From the NCBI GenBank assembly GCA_951406725.2, contig OX597817.1, positions 164,114,001 to 164,178,000 on the forward strand: a stretch of 64,000 nt of DNA, given 5' to 3'. The translations under genes and the position numbers were made by a program. Below, piece by piece: positions 42,301 through 57,300 of the stretch (the first letter of the stretch is position 1; each line of letters starts with the position of its first letter). The DNA is from Octopus vulgaris (taxonomy: Eukaryota). The notes under the pieces were generated by a model that was not told the origin of the DNA, did no database searches, and saw only the letters and a program-made list of their open reading frames with translations.

Positions 42301-45300
42301 AGGCGTCAACGAAGAGCCCTCGATTACAACAAGACAACCAAAGTTTTTTTTTCCCCCTAAATGGCGGTGCCCCAGCATGGCCACAGCTTGTGAGCTGAAA
42401 CTAGATTTAAAAAAAAAAATCTGGGGGTCTCCCGCCCCTAAACTCTAGACCATCACCTAATCACCCTTACCTGTCTTGTTGCTTAACAACAACAACACCT
42501 GGTACTGACTATATATATAACCACTACACATCTCTTTATATTTCTTTTTTTTTCCCCCCCCACCAAACCTTTCTCAAATACAAACATTATAAAAGTGACC
42601 TTCTATCAGTACCAAATCAATTATCACAACTCCATGTTCACTTTGTTCACCTCCACAGTTTCCACCAACATAATTTGCAAGTACAAAGAAATAGACAGAA
42701 CAGTAGAAAGAATGTAACTGCTACACTGCATGCCAATCCAAACAGCATATCAGTGGGTATCCTGCGATCTACTGATAATTGGAGACTTGGTACAACCAGT
42801 AATATGGAACTATGGCGTGCACTTCATCATTCATCTGTTTGTGTGACACAGGACTACTCAATCATGGCTGACCTGAGGTAATGCAATCTCTATATATATA
42901 AACAGCAAAATGTCTGTCTATGTGCGTGTCCTTTATACAAATCCACAATTTTTCAGTTACAGGGCTCGCACTTTCTATGGTCATTCAAAACCGTCCAAGG
43001 GTGGTCGTGCACATCTTTACATTTCCCCAGTCACCCCGCAAAGCCATTAAAAAATCAATAGAAGTGACTTTTTTGTGAATTTTCTATCCAAAACCCAATC
43101 AAAATGCTCAAAACTTGATACGCCAATTGAATTCCAGCTAGCTGTATGTGATTGGTCGGAGTTTTGGACAGTACTTGCGTGTATGTGAGCACGCACACAG
43201 CTGTATATGCATGCACTAACACTATGACTCGGCGTTGCTGGGTCATAGTGCTAGTAACAACTAAAACAGTAAATGTTATTTCTTAATTTACCTTAAATTT
43301 GTTTCCTGTTGTGTGCTGGGAGAAAATTGGAGCTGCAACAAAACGACGGAAACCAGCCTGAAAGACGAGTCGTTCTTTTGACTTGACTGGTTCTTCACAA
43401 GTAATCTTGCGCTGGACAATAAAATTCATAACGGTCATTTTCTGTTCGTGAGGTAACAAACCAAACATGATCACAGGTTGCCCTGGTCTGTGAGACTCTA
43501 AAAAAGATCAAAAGCAGAAAATTTCAAACACAAAAACAAAGATCTTCAAATTAAGAAACAGGTAAGAAAGAATGAAAGAATGGAAACTACAATGAAGGAT
43601 AGCAAGCTCTTTAGTTATGCTGAGTTCAACTTCTCTAGTGCCAATGGCATAAAATGCACCTAGTCCACACTTAAACTGCTTTATATAAAGATACCAAGCT
43701 GTAACAACCAAAAGAATTGGCTGATTTTTTTTTCTCTGCATGTCAGATGACAGGATTGTGGTAGGCAGTGAGACAAAAGATAATGGCAGGTAGTAAAATG
43801 AATGGAAACCTGTGGTGGATGACAAGATGAAGGACTGGCAAAACAAAGGACTATGGCCAGTGATGAGACAAAAAAAAAAACACAGTAGGTGTTAACAAAG
43901 GGCTAGAACACATGGAGAGTGATAAGATGAAAGTCCACTGGCAGAGTTTCTACAGCTGGATGCCCTTCCAAACACCAACCACTCCGAGAGTGTAGTGGGT
44001 ACTTTTACATGCCACCAGCACGGGGTCCAGTCAGGTGGTACTGGCAACGGCCACACTCAAATGGTGTTTTTTACATGCCACCTGCACAGGAGCCAGTCCA
44101 GCGGCACTGGCAACAATCTTGCTTGAATGTTTTTTCATGTGCCACCGGCACAAGTGCCAGTAAGGCAACGCTGGTAACGATCACGCTCGAATGGTGCTTT
44201 TTACTTGCCACTGGCATGGAAGCCAGTTAGCTGCTCTCGCAACGATTAGCACTCCACCAGCACAAATGCCAGTCATCGAATTTGATTTCGATTTATGCCA
44301 AAAAACAAAAGATGCAGGATTTTTTGAATTGCAAAGTCTTGTCTGTCACAACTTTGTGTAGATTAGTATGGGGAAGGGTGTATATATTGTCTGGTTCTTC
44401 AATCACTTTAAAATTGATAGGAAACACATAAACAGTATATTTCACTGGAAATACAGAGACAAAAGAAGAATTAACCCATTTATTTCATTCGAAATACATT
44501 GCTTTTGTTTCAATAAATTTTGATAATAATGAATAATTTCATAAAATAATTGTCACTATTTTGGAATATGGAAGTGCATGGCTTAGTTGTTAGAGTGTTG
44601 AATTCATGATCCTAAGATTGTGGTTCTGATTCCTGGAGCAAGTGATGTGTTGTGTTCTTCAGCAAAACATGTTGCTCCAGTTCACTCAGATGATAAAACT
44701 GAGTAATCCTGCAATGGACTAGCATTCCATCCAGGAAGGGTATATGCCAGAGAAACCAAGAAACCCGTCTTATGCTCCTTACTGAGTAATGTGGGCTAAC
44801 CATTTTTGGAACATAGATAAAAATGAAACTAATGGAAGGTTTTAATTTAAATTGTTTTAAAACAGGTAGTTTGTACCCTAAAATCCAGAGTGATCTCAGC
44901 CAAAGTATCAATGATCTGCCTCAAACCAACTTACCCATGAAAGCTCTGGGAACATCTTTTATATGGACTGTTATGAACCAACCAGGCTGGAAAGTTGAGA
45001 AAATTGTTTTAGGTTTCACTGAGTCAGGTTTATTTCAATACATCAACAAGAAATATAATAAGTAACTAGAAAGCCATTAGAGAAACATTTAAGTGAGAAA
45101 AACAACAGATAAAAACCGACAAATGTACAAGGCCATTCCATTCACACCAATGATAACAGTAAGAAAACAAAAAAAACTACTTTAGTATATGATTACAAAC
45201 ATCCAGACAAACACACATAGGCACACACATCCACAACTTACAAGGTGTTCAGGTTAAATTTGAAAATTTTTTTCATGTCTCCCTTTTGTTCAGGAATAGC

Positions 45301-48300
45301 TTAACCCTTTCGTTACCAACCCGGCTGAAACCGGCTCTGGCTCTGTAGTACAAATGTCTTGTTTTCATAAATTTTGAATTAAAATCTTCCCCCAAACGTT
45401 AGTCACAATTTATGTTCCTAACACTAGCTGAATGCTAACTAAGTTATTTTACTAAATTCTTTGTTATATTTAAAATCAATTAAAAGAAACACAGAGCATC
45501 TCAAAATAAATACAGTAACGAAAGGGTTAATGTATAAGTACACAGTCAACAGTATTGGACAGCATAAAGATTAAAGTTGTAGTTGAGAAAAAGTTAGCTG
45601 ACATGGAGGAGTGGAAACCATCTGAATATTGGGAGTTACCTGTATCATGGTGATTCGCACCAGGTATCAAAATGCTGACATCATGACTGCTGCTCAATGT
45701 TATGTGGATATTCTAAAGGCTGTAAGACATGACATGAACGTCATGAAAACTAAGTTTCCCAAACTGTGATGATCTTTGGACATGTCCCCAGTGAGGAGGA
45801 TGACATCATGTCATCCCTACATCATTGAAAAGGGCCTTAGGCTCAATTCAGATGGCTATGTGAAGCTGCTCGAGATTATGGTCAAATCCTGACTGGAGAG
45901 GGTTCCTGCTGGAAGACCATATGTGGCAGCAGGACTCAGCCCCTAACCATACTTCTGGAAAGAGTCAGAAGTGGTTGTCGGAGGATTTCTACAACTTAAA
46001 CAGCCCCAGTTTCTGACCTCCTAATTCCTCTGATTGTAATCCCATGGATTACTACGCATAGAGTGTGGTTGAGAAACACACCAACTGCTACACCTGCAAC
46101 ACCAAAGCCAAGCTAGTAGCCATGATCAAGGTGTTTGAAGATCTTCCCAGGTATACAGAGAGGAACACATGCCAGGTTCAAGAACCATCTTGTGGCTATG
46201 GCAGAAGCTGAAAGCAGCTACTTTGAGTAAACTGTTATTTCCCAGCCATAATCTAATTGAAGTGTTTTGATATTCTTAAAATACATTTATTTTTGGATGG
46301 GATTTTGTATTTTCTTTTCCTTTATACAAACTGTCAAATTTATACCACACATCCTGTATTTCATATATACATATAGATACACATGTCCACATTGTATATG
46401 TGGACATACATATACACTATATGTATGTCCACATTTACATATATATAGATATACATCCACATGTACAATTATACAGTCACACATACAGACAATATATTAA
46501 CAGATGTACAGACATAAAAGACATGCACACAGACTTACATAGAGGGGTACTATTATATTTTCTTATAGTAATATAAAAGCCTGAAGTGTAATTATCTTAC
46601 CATGGCGCCATCAATTTCCTCATTCAAGACTCTCTTCTTTGTTCGCCGGAAATTACCAAACTGGAAAATTCTGGCATAATCAAGGGGAAGGTTTTCCTTA
46701 GGGTCCCATGGAGATGTTCGGAAACTATTTAAGCCACGATAACTATTTCAAGAAAAAAAAATGTAATAAAAGTAAGCAAGAATAAATATATTTTATTTCA
46801 ACAGATTCAGAGAAGTGTCATGCCCATAACCTGCTGAGGAAAACTTGGTAGATAGTGGCGTGGTCAGTAAGGAGTTAGTGATATGTTGTAATGGTGGTGG
46901 TGGTGGTGGTGTAGAAGTGGCGGTGTGTTGATGATGTACACAGGAGCTGTAGTATAAACAACAGGAAATACTTTAAATACTTCTGGTTTTAAAAAAAATT
47001 TCAGGTTTAACTGACATTGTTTTGCTGATGTCAAAAACATGAGTCTTCCAAGACAAAAAGATAGGAAATAACAAGTGTTAACATTTGTAATGATGTCAAT
47101 TCTTGAAACTAGGACATATGTGTAACTAATGAGGATACAGTGGAGGCGCAATGGCCCAGTGGTTAGGGCAGCGGACTCGTGGTCAGCAGATCGCGGTTTT
47201 AATTCCCAGACCAGGCGTTGTGTGTGTTTATTGACCAAAAACACCTAAAAGCTCCACGAGGCTCCAGCAGGTGGTGGTGGCGACCCCTGTTGTACTCTTC
47301 CGCCCCAAATTTCTCTCACTCTCTCTTCCTGTTTCTTGAGTAATGCTGCGATGGACTGGTGTCCCGTCCAGCTGGGGATGGGGGGGGGGGGGACATATAC
47401 GTCACAGAAACCGGGAAACCAGGCCCATGAGCCTGGCTAGGCTTGAAAAGGGCGCATAAATAAAATAAATGTGGATACAATGCAGTCTTTTTTTATCTTA
47501 AAGCAAATAACTTAGTTTCAAATCCTTAAGCAAATGATATATAATTGTCTCTACATAAAACCCCACCAATCTATCAGAAATACCATTTCAATATCTGATA
47601 CCTCAGCTACATTAACCGAGACATGTAAATGAGCCAAAAAGAAAAGTTATGATATAAACTGACCATGTATATGCTTAATAGCAGAATAACACTGAGAGAA
47701 ATGCTTCTTGGTTTTACATAGGCACACTGTGTTGCTGTATGTCATAAGAGGCAACTAAAAGGATTGGTGATAGGAAGGGCATCCAGCAGGAGTAAAAGGC
47801 TTCAAAGAAGTACAACAGAAAGGGTTTTACTTACCGTGCAAACCTAGTTCTTGCACACGTTTCAAATGGAGTGTCAACTTCATCAGGAAATAGTTCATTC
47901 TCTCTCTCTTCTCTGAGCTTCAGCAATCTGGTGAAAGAAAACCAAATATGAGAAAGAGAATAAGGATGGAAGAACTGAAAGAGTGCTCAGGTGGGTAGGT
48001 AAATGCACTAGAGTGTGAAAAGAGTGTGACAGGTGAATAGAGATGGGGATTGAGGTGTACGCAGTGAATATCAGAATGGGAGAGGAGGGTGCAGGTGAGT
48101 GAAGTAAGTTAGAGAGGAGGAGATGATAAATGGACAGTAGTGGGATACAATGTAACATGGTAGGAGGACAAAAAGTATAATTTACAGCACCTGAATTAGG
48201 GTCATAGAGGATTGATGGAGGGATAAGTATTAGAAAATATTTTGTATGATAACTGACCCTTTCTGTCATTTATAACTTGTTTCAATCACAATATTTAATC

Positions 48301-51300
48301 CCATCAATACACTACACATTATTTCTTTAACAACAGTATCAAAGACAGACTGTCCAATGCTTATCAATGAAGAATTACAAAATGTAACAGCAACATAAAA
48401 ACTTACATTCTTTTTTCTTCTTCTACATCAATTGTTTCATCATATTTAGCATCTTCATCCTTCACTTCAATCTGTCAAGAGATAGAAAATATTAAAACTT
48501 TAGCCAATGGGATAAATTTTGAAGTTAAAAATGGCATCTTGGACATTCTTTCATTTAGGTTTAGAAATTTGGGAACATGGCTGGCAATCTTACTGGGAAG
48601 ATGTAAAGTCAATTACACTGACTCCAGTGCTCAGCTGGTACTGTATTTTATTGACCCCGGAAAGAATGAAAGGCAAAATCAACCTCAGCAGGATTTGAAC
48701 TCTGGACATAAGAAACTGGAAGAAATACTGCTAAGCATTTTGTCTGATATGCTAATGATTCAGCCAGCTCACCACCTTACATTCCATCAATAATAAAACA
48801 GAACAAATACTAAAATGTGATAAAAATAATTTATATTATCATTTTAACTACCTGTCTCATAAATACAACACATCTAGTCCAATCCATGCCAGCATGATGA
48901 TAATTTATTTTCTGGATCTTTTCGGTTTGAACGGCAGTTTCTAACATAATTTCTAGGTAACTAAAAAATTTTAAACTCCGTATACTGGTAGAATGTGTTT
49001 ATAAAACATCTTTTTCTCTTGGCTTTATTGAGAAAATTCTATAGTTTGTAAGATATTTGTTGTTTTTTTTCTTCAATTTCTGCAATTTCAACCAATCAAT
49101 GACATCTACTGAGTTAAAAAACATTCTGTGCCATATGAATATGTCCCTCGTTTAAGAAACAGATTGGGTTTATTTGCATTTGTGAAGAAAAAAAGATACC
49201 CTTCCCCCACCCCTAACCCTAACCAACCCTAAAACAGATTGAAATGCAATAGATCGATACTAAGGTCATAATTATGGGTGACAATTTCATATGACACCAC
49301 TAGAAAAAACTGCCATTCAAACCGAAAAAATCCTATTTTCTCTATGCTCAGTCTTAATGAAATAGATCATGACATGAAGATAATGAGTACAACTAAAGAA
49401 TATCATCCATACATGCAATGCCCTGACATTCATTTTTAAATAACTATTATGTGATGTCAAACCAAGGAGACACAAATACACACACACATAAACATAGATA
49501 TATGCAACACACTTCTTTCAGTTTCTGTCTACCAATCCACCCATAAGGCTTTGGTTGACCCAAGGATAGAGTAGAAGACACTTGCCCAAGGGACCTCACA
49601 GTGGGACTGAACCCAGAAATATGTGGTCAGGAAGCAAACCACACAACCATATACAATAATACAAAGTCCTTACTTCTTCATAGGTTTCCTCTCCTTCATC
49701 TGAGACAAACTCGTCTTCTGAACTGCTCTCCAGTTCTTCCATCTACAAAACAAAGCAATATGATTGACATCAATAAAAAAAAATTAAAGACAGCTGATAC
49801 TTGATATTATACTAAAAATAAAAACCAACAAAGGAACTACTATGTGGTCACTCAACTTCCTAGAAATAATGACCAAACCCCTTACGGCACACCCTACACT
49901 CATTATCATCACTGTTTAATATCCACATTCCCATGCTTACATTGATCAAATGGAATTTGTTGAGGCAGATTTTCTACTGCCAAATGCTCATTCTGTCACC
50001 AATCCTCACCTGTTTCGAAGTAAAGAAACATTTTTCCCATGGAAGACTGGAAATGAACAACATTGCCAGTATGACAGTGAAAATACATACATACATACAT
50101 ATCATATCATATATATATATATATATGTGTGTGTATATATATACACACAGGGTGCTGTGAATATATTGTCGTCTAAATTACACAAAACTGAAAATCACAC
50201 TGACATCGCATTTTAACAGATATATTTACCAAAATTACCTAAAAATAGCTTGAAATACTAAAGAGTAAATTTATTCAATAAATCGCCAAAGCCTCCAGAT
50301 GACTGGCTGCACCAGGCCCCAATCTTGATCAGGCAGAGTTTCTACAGCTGACAATCCAATTCCTAGACAAACTGTAGTATAGCAAAACTATATACCTCTC
50401 TGGTAGAAAGTGGTAGGAGAGAGCCCTTATAAATAGACTAGTAGCTGGTCATCAAGAGAGGGTCAACAGTTCTAGTCAGTGTCTTGTGGAGCTATTAGCG
50501 ATAGCAAAACAGAAGAAGTTAGTGTATTACTATTCCGGTACAAAGAGATATAATGGTATCCGATGACAAGTAACTATTGTGGCTACTAGCATAAACAGCA
50601 ACTACAGTATAACGGCAGTCACACATCACACTAGTAGGAGGAACCTACTTTACAATATAAACAAAAAGACATAATTACAGCTTCCATGTATTCATCTTCT
50701 GCATCATAGTCATCATCCTCATCGTCATCACCCTCATCTTCACTTTTATCTTCTTTGTTCAGTTCATCATCGCTTTCTAGGATCCAAGCAGACTGATATG
50801 CGGATGTGCCTTTCGGAACTCTCTTGATCTTCTTGCTTTCAGCTACGAAAAGAAAAGAAAAGAAAAAAAGGTTAATTTGAATAATTTGTTCTGACAAGAG
50901 AAGTCATGAACATTGATGCCAGTATCTTAGTAGAATTAATTTCATCATGATGAGAGAGATAAAAAGCTAAAATAATCTCGTTTGCAGATTAGACTCAAAA
51001 AAGCAAGGTAACAATAATAATTTCTCAAATAAGAACACAGCCTCAAACTTTAGGGGTAAGAGGAAGCAAACTGATTTAATTGAACCTTGTTCTTAATTTG
51101 CCAGCCCCGTCTGGCACCTGTGTCGGTGGCACGTAAAAAGCACCCACTGCACTCACGGAGTGGTTGGCGTTAGGAAGGGCATCCAGCCGTAGAAACATTG
51201 CCAGATCAGACTGGGCCTGGTGCAGCCTTCTGGCTTCCCCAGACCCCAGTTGAACCGTCCAACCCATGCTAGCATGGAAAGCGGACGCTAAATGATGATG

Positions 51301-54300
51301 ATGATTCATCAACCCCGACAGAGGGTAGAAGGCAAAATTAATTCTGTTGGGACACAAAGAGGTGTAGCTTGCTGCTCTATCAATTCTACCAAAATCCATT
51401 TGAGAGAATAGTGACTGGACACTATATGATGAGAAGGTGGAATACCAGAATAGTAGACAGTTGTTTGAGAATATACCACAATTGCCCAAACACTAACGAA
51501 GTGGCTGTCACCAAAGAGCGATACTAGTTCGTGGTAAAATAGTCAAGACCTGCCTTCTTATCATCTTTAATCCACTTCCCTCACTTATTTCCAATCAAGG
51601 TGATATTTACCCATCATCAGACATTTCCCACAGAAGACTGGAAACAAACAACATCACTTGTATGACAGTGATGCTCATTTACAACCATCATGTGATGTTA
51701 AAACATGAGTACACACATACATATGTATGTGTATGTATGTATATATATATCATCAGCATTTAACCACTGCTTTCCATGCTAGTATGGATTGGATGATTTG
51801 ACTGAAGACTGGTGAACCAGATGGCCACTACTGTATTAAGTTGAATACATGGCACACACTCCTACTATGAATTGTGTATTGAAAGCAGGAAATAGCAATT
51901 AAACTATAAAATAGTCTTTTCCTAAATAAAACTTCAGTGTTTGTATATAATGTATGGTGTTAAATTTAGAAAAAATACAGGGCAAAACTTTGAAGAAAAC
52001 AACTGAGCAAATTAGGTATGTATACAAAGATACATGTGGAAGCACGTGGCTTAGTGGTTAGGGTGTCAGCACCATGATCGTAAGATTGTGGTTTTGATTC
52101 CTGGACTGGGCGACGTGTTGTGTTCTTGAGTAAAACTCTTCATTTCACATTGCTCCAGTCCACTCAGCTGGCAAAAATGAGTAACGCTGCGATGGACTGG
52201 CGTCTCGTCCAGCTGGGGAACACATACGCCATAGAAACCGGGAAACCGGGCCCATGAGCCTGGCTAGGCTTTAAAAGGGCCACATTTACTTATTTTATGC
52301 AAAGATACATATAAGACTAATCATAAGAATTTTACCTTCTGCCAATGCCATCTCTTCTTCTGTTGGCCAAGTCTGTTCTCCTTCCATTGGATCAGGAACC
52401 ACTTCACTTTCAAGACTTGCCTGTTTGCTCTCCTCCGCTTTGTCCAAAACTCGAGCATCAGCTTCTATACTACTCTCCATTGGTTCTAATCCCTAAAAAT
52501 GGGAAATGCTAATAATGAATATAACCAACAAATAAACAGAACCACCAACACAATTTTAATATAAACTGGAAACTTGCTTAAAATTTATTCCCTGCTCCTG
52601 TTTTCCCAATCAAAACACCAGAAATCTCTCCAATACCAGAATATGTATGATTTTTAGACCATTATTAGATCAGTGTTTTATAGTAGTTCAGAGAGCATAT
52701 AGAACAGAGAGTAACACAAGCAGAATGGCATCAAACACTAGGCATGTGTTTAATAACTTGAATATGTAAATATCCAAATGTTAAAACAGTTTATCGTGCT
52801 GTGTATGTTTGGTGTTATTTCTATATAATTCAATTCTTGATTGTTGGCCATCAGGACACTTATCCTTCAAGATTTCCATTCTTTCTGAAATTTAACAACA
52901 CTACTCCTGTCATACCTAAGGCATGCTTTTACTCTATATGACGCTTTTACTGCTTTACTGTTCATTTCCCTGACTTTCCGCACTTTATTCTATGTAATAT
53001 GCATGTATTTTTTACTGTCTTCACTTACTGCTGCTTTCTGTCTACTCTTTTACCCCTTTCCTATGAGTTATACGATAAACGTCGCCCTTTTCAAGCTTAG
53101 CCAGGCTCATGGCCCGGTTTCTGTGGCGTATGTGTTCCCCCCAGCTGAACGGGACGCCAGTCCATCGCAGTGTTACTCAAGAAACAGGAAGAAAGAGTGA
53201 GAGAAAGTTGTGGCGAAAGAGTACAACAGAGGTCGCCACCACCCCCTGCCGGAGCCTCGTGGAGGTTTTTAGGTGTTTTCACTCAATAAACACACACAAC
53301 GCCCAGTCTGGAAATTGAAACCGCGAGTCCGCTGCCCTAACCAATAGGCCATTGCGCCTCCACCCTATGAGTTATAATGTACCTTTATTCCATGTAATAT
53401 GCATGTATTTTTTACTGTCTTCACTTACTGCTGCTCTCTGTCTGCTCTTTTACCCCTTTCCTATGAGTTATAATGCACCTAAGCAATGTATACAATAAGC
53501 TTCTTATTATCACATTCAGTTAGAAAAAAGGAATTTAAGAAATATAAACTTAACAAAAGTTTATAGGTCTGCAAGCTTCAGAAAATAACAACATACATAC
53601 ACAGAAGGATAAACATCTTTTTCAATGTTTGGAAATAAATAGTTGTTTTCGTCATCATCATCATCGTTTAACGTCTGCTTTCCATGCTAGGATGGGTTGG
53701 ACGATTTGACTGAGGACTGGCAAACCAGATGGCTGCACCAGGCTTTAATCTGATCTGGCAGAGTTTCTACAGCTGGATGCCTTTCCTAATGCCAGCCACT
53801 GAGAGTGTATTGGTTGCTTTTACATGCCACCGGCACGAGGGCCAGTCAGGCAGTACTGACAACAGCCATGCTTAAATGGTGTTTTTTACATGCCACCTGC
53901 AGAGGCAACGACCTCACTCGAATGCTTTTTCACATGCCACCGGCAAAAGTGCCAGTATGGCGACGCTGGTAACGATCACGCTCAAATGGCGCTTTTTACA
54001 TGCCACCTGCATGGAAGCCAGTTTGCTGCTCTGGCAGCGATCAAACTCGGATGGTGCTCTTAGTGCTCCACTAGCACGGATGCCAGTCATGGTGATCTTA
54101 TTACACATATGTAATAACAAAGAACAAACTAAAGACTTTTCACAAAACAACATAACTATAATGCAAAAGTGAATCTTAGTACTATATATAAAAGATGTCA
54201 GTATGATAGTAACCAATGAACAAGAAAACTATGCAAACCTGTTTGTTGGTCTTGATAACTTTAGGATAGAGAGGATAGGGATCATTTGGAGAATCAATCT

Positions 54301-57300
54301 GCAGCATTTGGAAGTCACCCCAGCCGGGGAGATGCACTAAATGGTTCACATTAAGAGAACGGCCTCTTAAAAATCCAGTCAGTTTCAATGTCCCAGCATC
54401 TTCCTAAAGATAAAAATATAATTAAAACATAATTACAGTTAATGCAATAGGATCAAAACATGGATCTTTTCAGTTTGACCGGCAGTTTTTTTAAATAATT
54501 TCCACTTAGCTAAACACTTTTAAACTTCGTATACTGGCAGAATGTGTTTATAAAACATCTTTTTCTCTTGGCTTTATTGAGAAAATTCTATAGTTTGTAA
54601 GATATTTGTTGGGTTTTTTTTCTTCAATTTCTGCAATTTCAACCAATCAATGATGTCTATTGAGGTGAAAACATTCTGTGCCGTATGAATATGTCCCTCG
54701 TTTAAGAAACAGATTGGGTTTATTTACATTTCTGAAGAAAAAAAGATACCCTTCCACCCACCCCTAACCCTACTCCTAACTAACCCTAAAACAGATTGAA
54801 ATGCAATAGATCGATACTAGGGTCATACTTATGGGTGACAATTTCATATGACACTGCTAGAAAAAACTGCCGGTCAAACCGAAAAGATCCAAACATACTT
54901 TACTACACAAATATTGCTTGCAAATTTTGGCACAAGGCCAGCAATTTCGGGGGTGGGTTAAGTTGATTTCTTCGACCCCAATATTCAACTGGTATTTATT
55001 GTCCCTGAAAGGGATGGAAAATAAAGTCAACCTCAGCAGAATTTGAACTAAGAATGTAAAACCAGACGAAATGCTGCTAAGCATTTTGTCCAATGTACTA
55101 ATGATTCTTATTTCTTTACTACCCAGAAGGGGCTAAACACAGAGAGGACAAACAAGGACAGACAAACGGATTAAGTCGATTATATTGACCCCAGTGCGTA
55201 ACTGGTACTTAATTTAATCGACCCCGAAAGGATGAAAGGTAAAGTCGACCTCGGCGGAATTTGAACTCAGAACGTAGCGGCAGATGAAATACAGCAGAGC
55301 ATTTCACCCGACATGCTAACATTTCTGCCAGCTCGCCACCTTCTCTATTACAAGCATAGTCTCTTCTGTTTAACCCTTTCGTTACTATATTTCTGACCAA
55401 ATTACACCCCTTATGTGTTTCAATTAATTTCTAACGTAATCATAAATTTAGTCTGGTTTCATTAAACAACTATAACTTTTTTATTTATCGATATATTAAT
55501 CTGATTTTTGGAAGATAATTTAATGAAATATTCTCAACCAATTCTATACTATAATTTTTGTCACAAAGTGACTCTATTTGCAGGAAGATACAGGTAAATT
55601 CCACAAAATATAAAATTATTAAAATTTTGTTCAAATATCGCTATAGAAAATATTAGCTAATATTCAATTGGGTATACAACAAAATTTTACGATAGAATTT
55701 GTTATTCTGGGTAACTTTCTGATACCCATAATAATATTTATGGCAAAATAGGCCTTAATTTCATTTAAGGTTGTGGGAAATAACAAACTATCGTTTCTTT
55801 CGCTTTGTTTACGTTTAGCGTAACGGTTCGTTTTCGCTGTAATGATTTCAAATAGGCTCATTCGAAAAAGTAAATAGAAATGGCCTAAGGCTTTACCCTT
55901 CTGGGAAAGTCTGTGGCTTGGTCCAGTTTCTGCAGAAAAATCACCGAAAGAAACAGTTTTTAAATTTTCACTCCATTCAGGTGCCAATTCGTTTTCTTTA
56001 TCGCTATCGGAGATCTCAGATTCACTGTTTTCACTTTCGGAAAATGAAACATCAAATTCATTATCAAATACCATGTGCTTTTTTTTTTCAGTCATAGAGT
56101 TAGATTTATGAAGGTCTTCAGTAGAAAATCCTTCGAATTCTGACTCGCTGCTTGATATAATGAAATTCGTATCCATTTTTTGTCAGAAATACAAATTTTG
56201 AAAGCACAATAGGAACAAATTTGGGAAAAAAATCTCCCAAAATTCACGGAATTAAAATTACACTTCGATTATTGTACAAAACTGTAGTTGAACTGTTTAC
56301 GAAGTATAATACGTGTTTTCACGAATGTACTAAAGAGATTTGCTCTGATATTCTCATTTAAATATGAATAGGTAAATTCGGGCGGCTTTGGGCGGTTTGG
56401 TTTCATAAACCAAAATTTTTTTCGGGCGGCTTTGGGCGGTTTGGTAACGAAAGGGTTAAAACAACTTCACCATAACAAGAGTTTCACCAACAAAACTGTT
56501 TGACTTTACTGTAAGTCTCAGAGTAACAACAGCCACACAATAAAAATATACTATCTGTTACAAGACTTACATTTATCCACTACAAGAGTTAAAATTCCTC
56601 TCATATAAAAATTAGAACATTCATAAGCAAACAGCAAGCCAAATATTTAATCAAATATTCCTACATATGGGTACAGATGCACATCATAATGTGTGTGTGT
56701 GTGTATACATTTCTCAATACTTTTCATACAGATATAAAGAATACATGATGTGCTTCATGAAGCATTATTCCAAAAAACAAAAGAAGCAAATATTTCACAT
56801 TCTCTTGAAAGTTTATAAAATTCTTACTATTTTATATCATCATCATCATTTAACGTCTGTTGTCCATGTTGGCATGGGTTGGATGGTTTGACCAGAGCTG
56901 GCAAGCTGGAGAGCTGCACCAGACTCCAGTCTGATTTGGCATGGTGTTCTGTGGCTGGATGCCCTCCCTAACGCCAACCACTCCGAGAGTGCGATGGGTG
57001 CTTCTACGTACCACCAGCATGGGTGCCATTTGCATGACACCGGAGTGTGTTTACGTGCCACCAGTGCAGATGCTAATTTGTGTGACACTGGTATATAATA
57101 TACACACACTCACTCGTGCTCATTCGTTACTATTGTTAAATGTCTGTACTCATAGAGTAACTTGCTTATCTTTCTCTCTACGAAATTTAACCCTCTTTAA
57201 CGTTCAATCCTTAATTCCATCTTTCCGCCATTCGGCAATTTTAAACTTCCTTCTTCTCCAACAACAACTTCCGGGCCTTCACAGCAAGTTACAAAAACAT

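Noticed and set aside
50880-50950. AUGAUGA near a TSR1 acceptor
   Set aside because: No downstream CUGA D box or terminal stem.
52985-53470. ~90-bp direct repeat flanking a SINE, resembling LTRs
   Set aside because: Better explained as a local tandem duplication with a SINE inserted (short TSD CCTATGAGTTATA); no TG..CA ends or primer-binding site.
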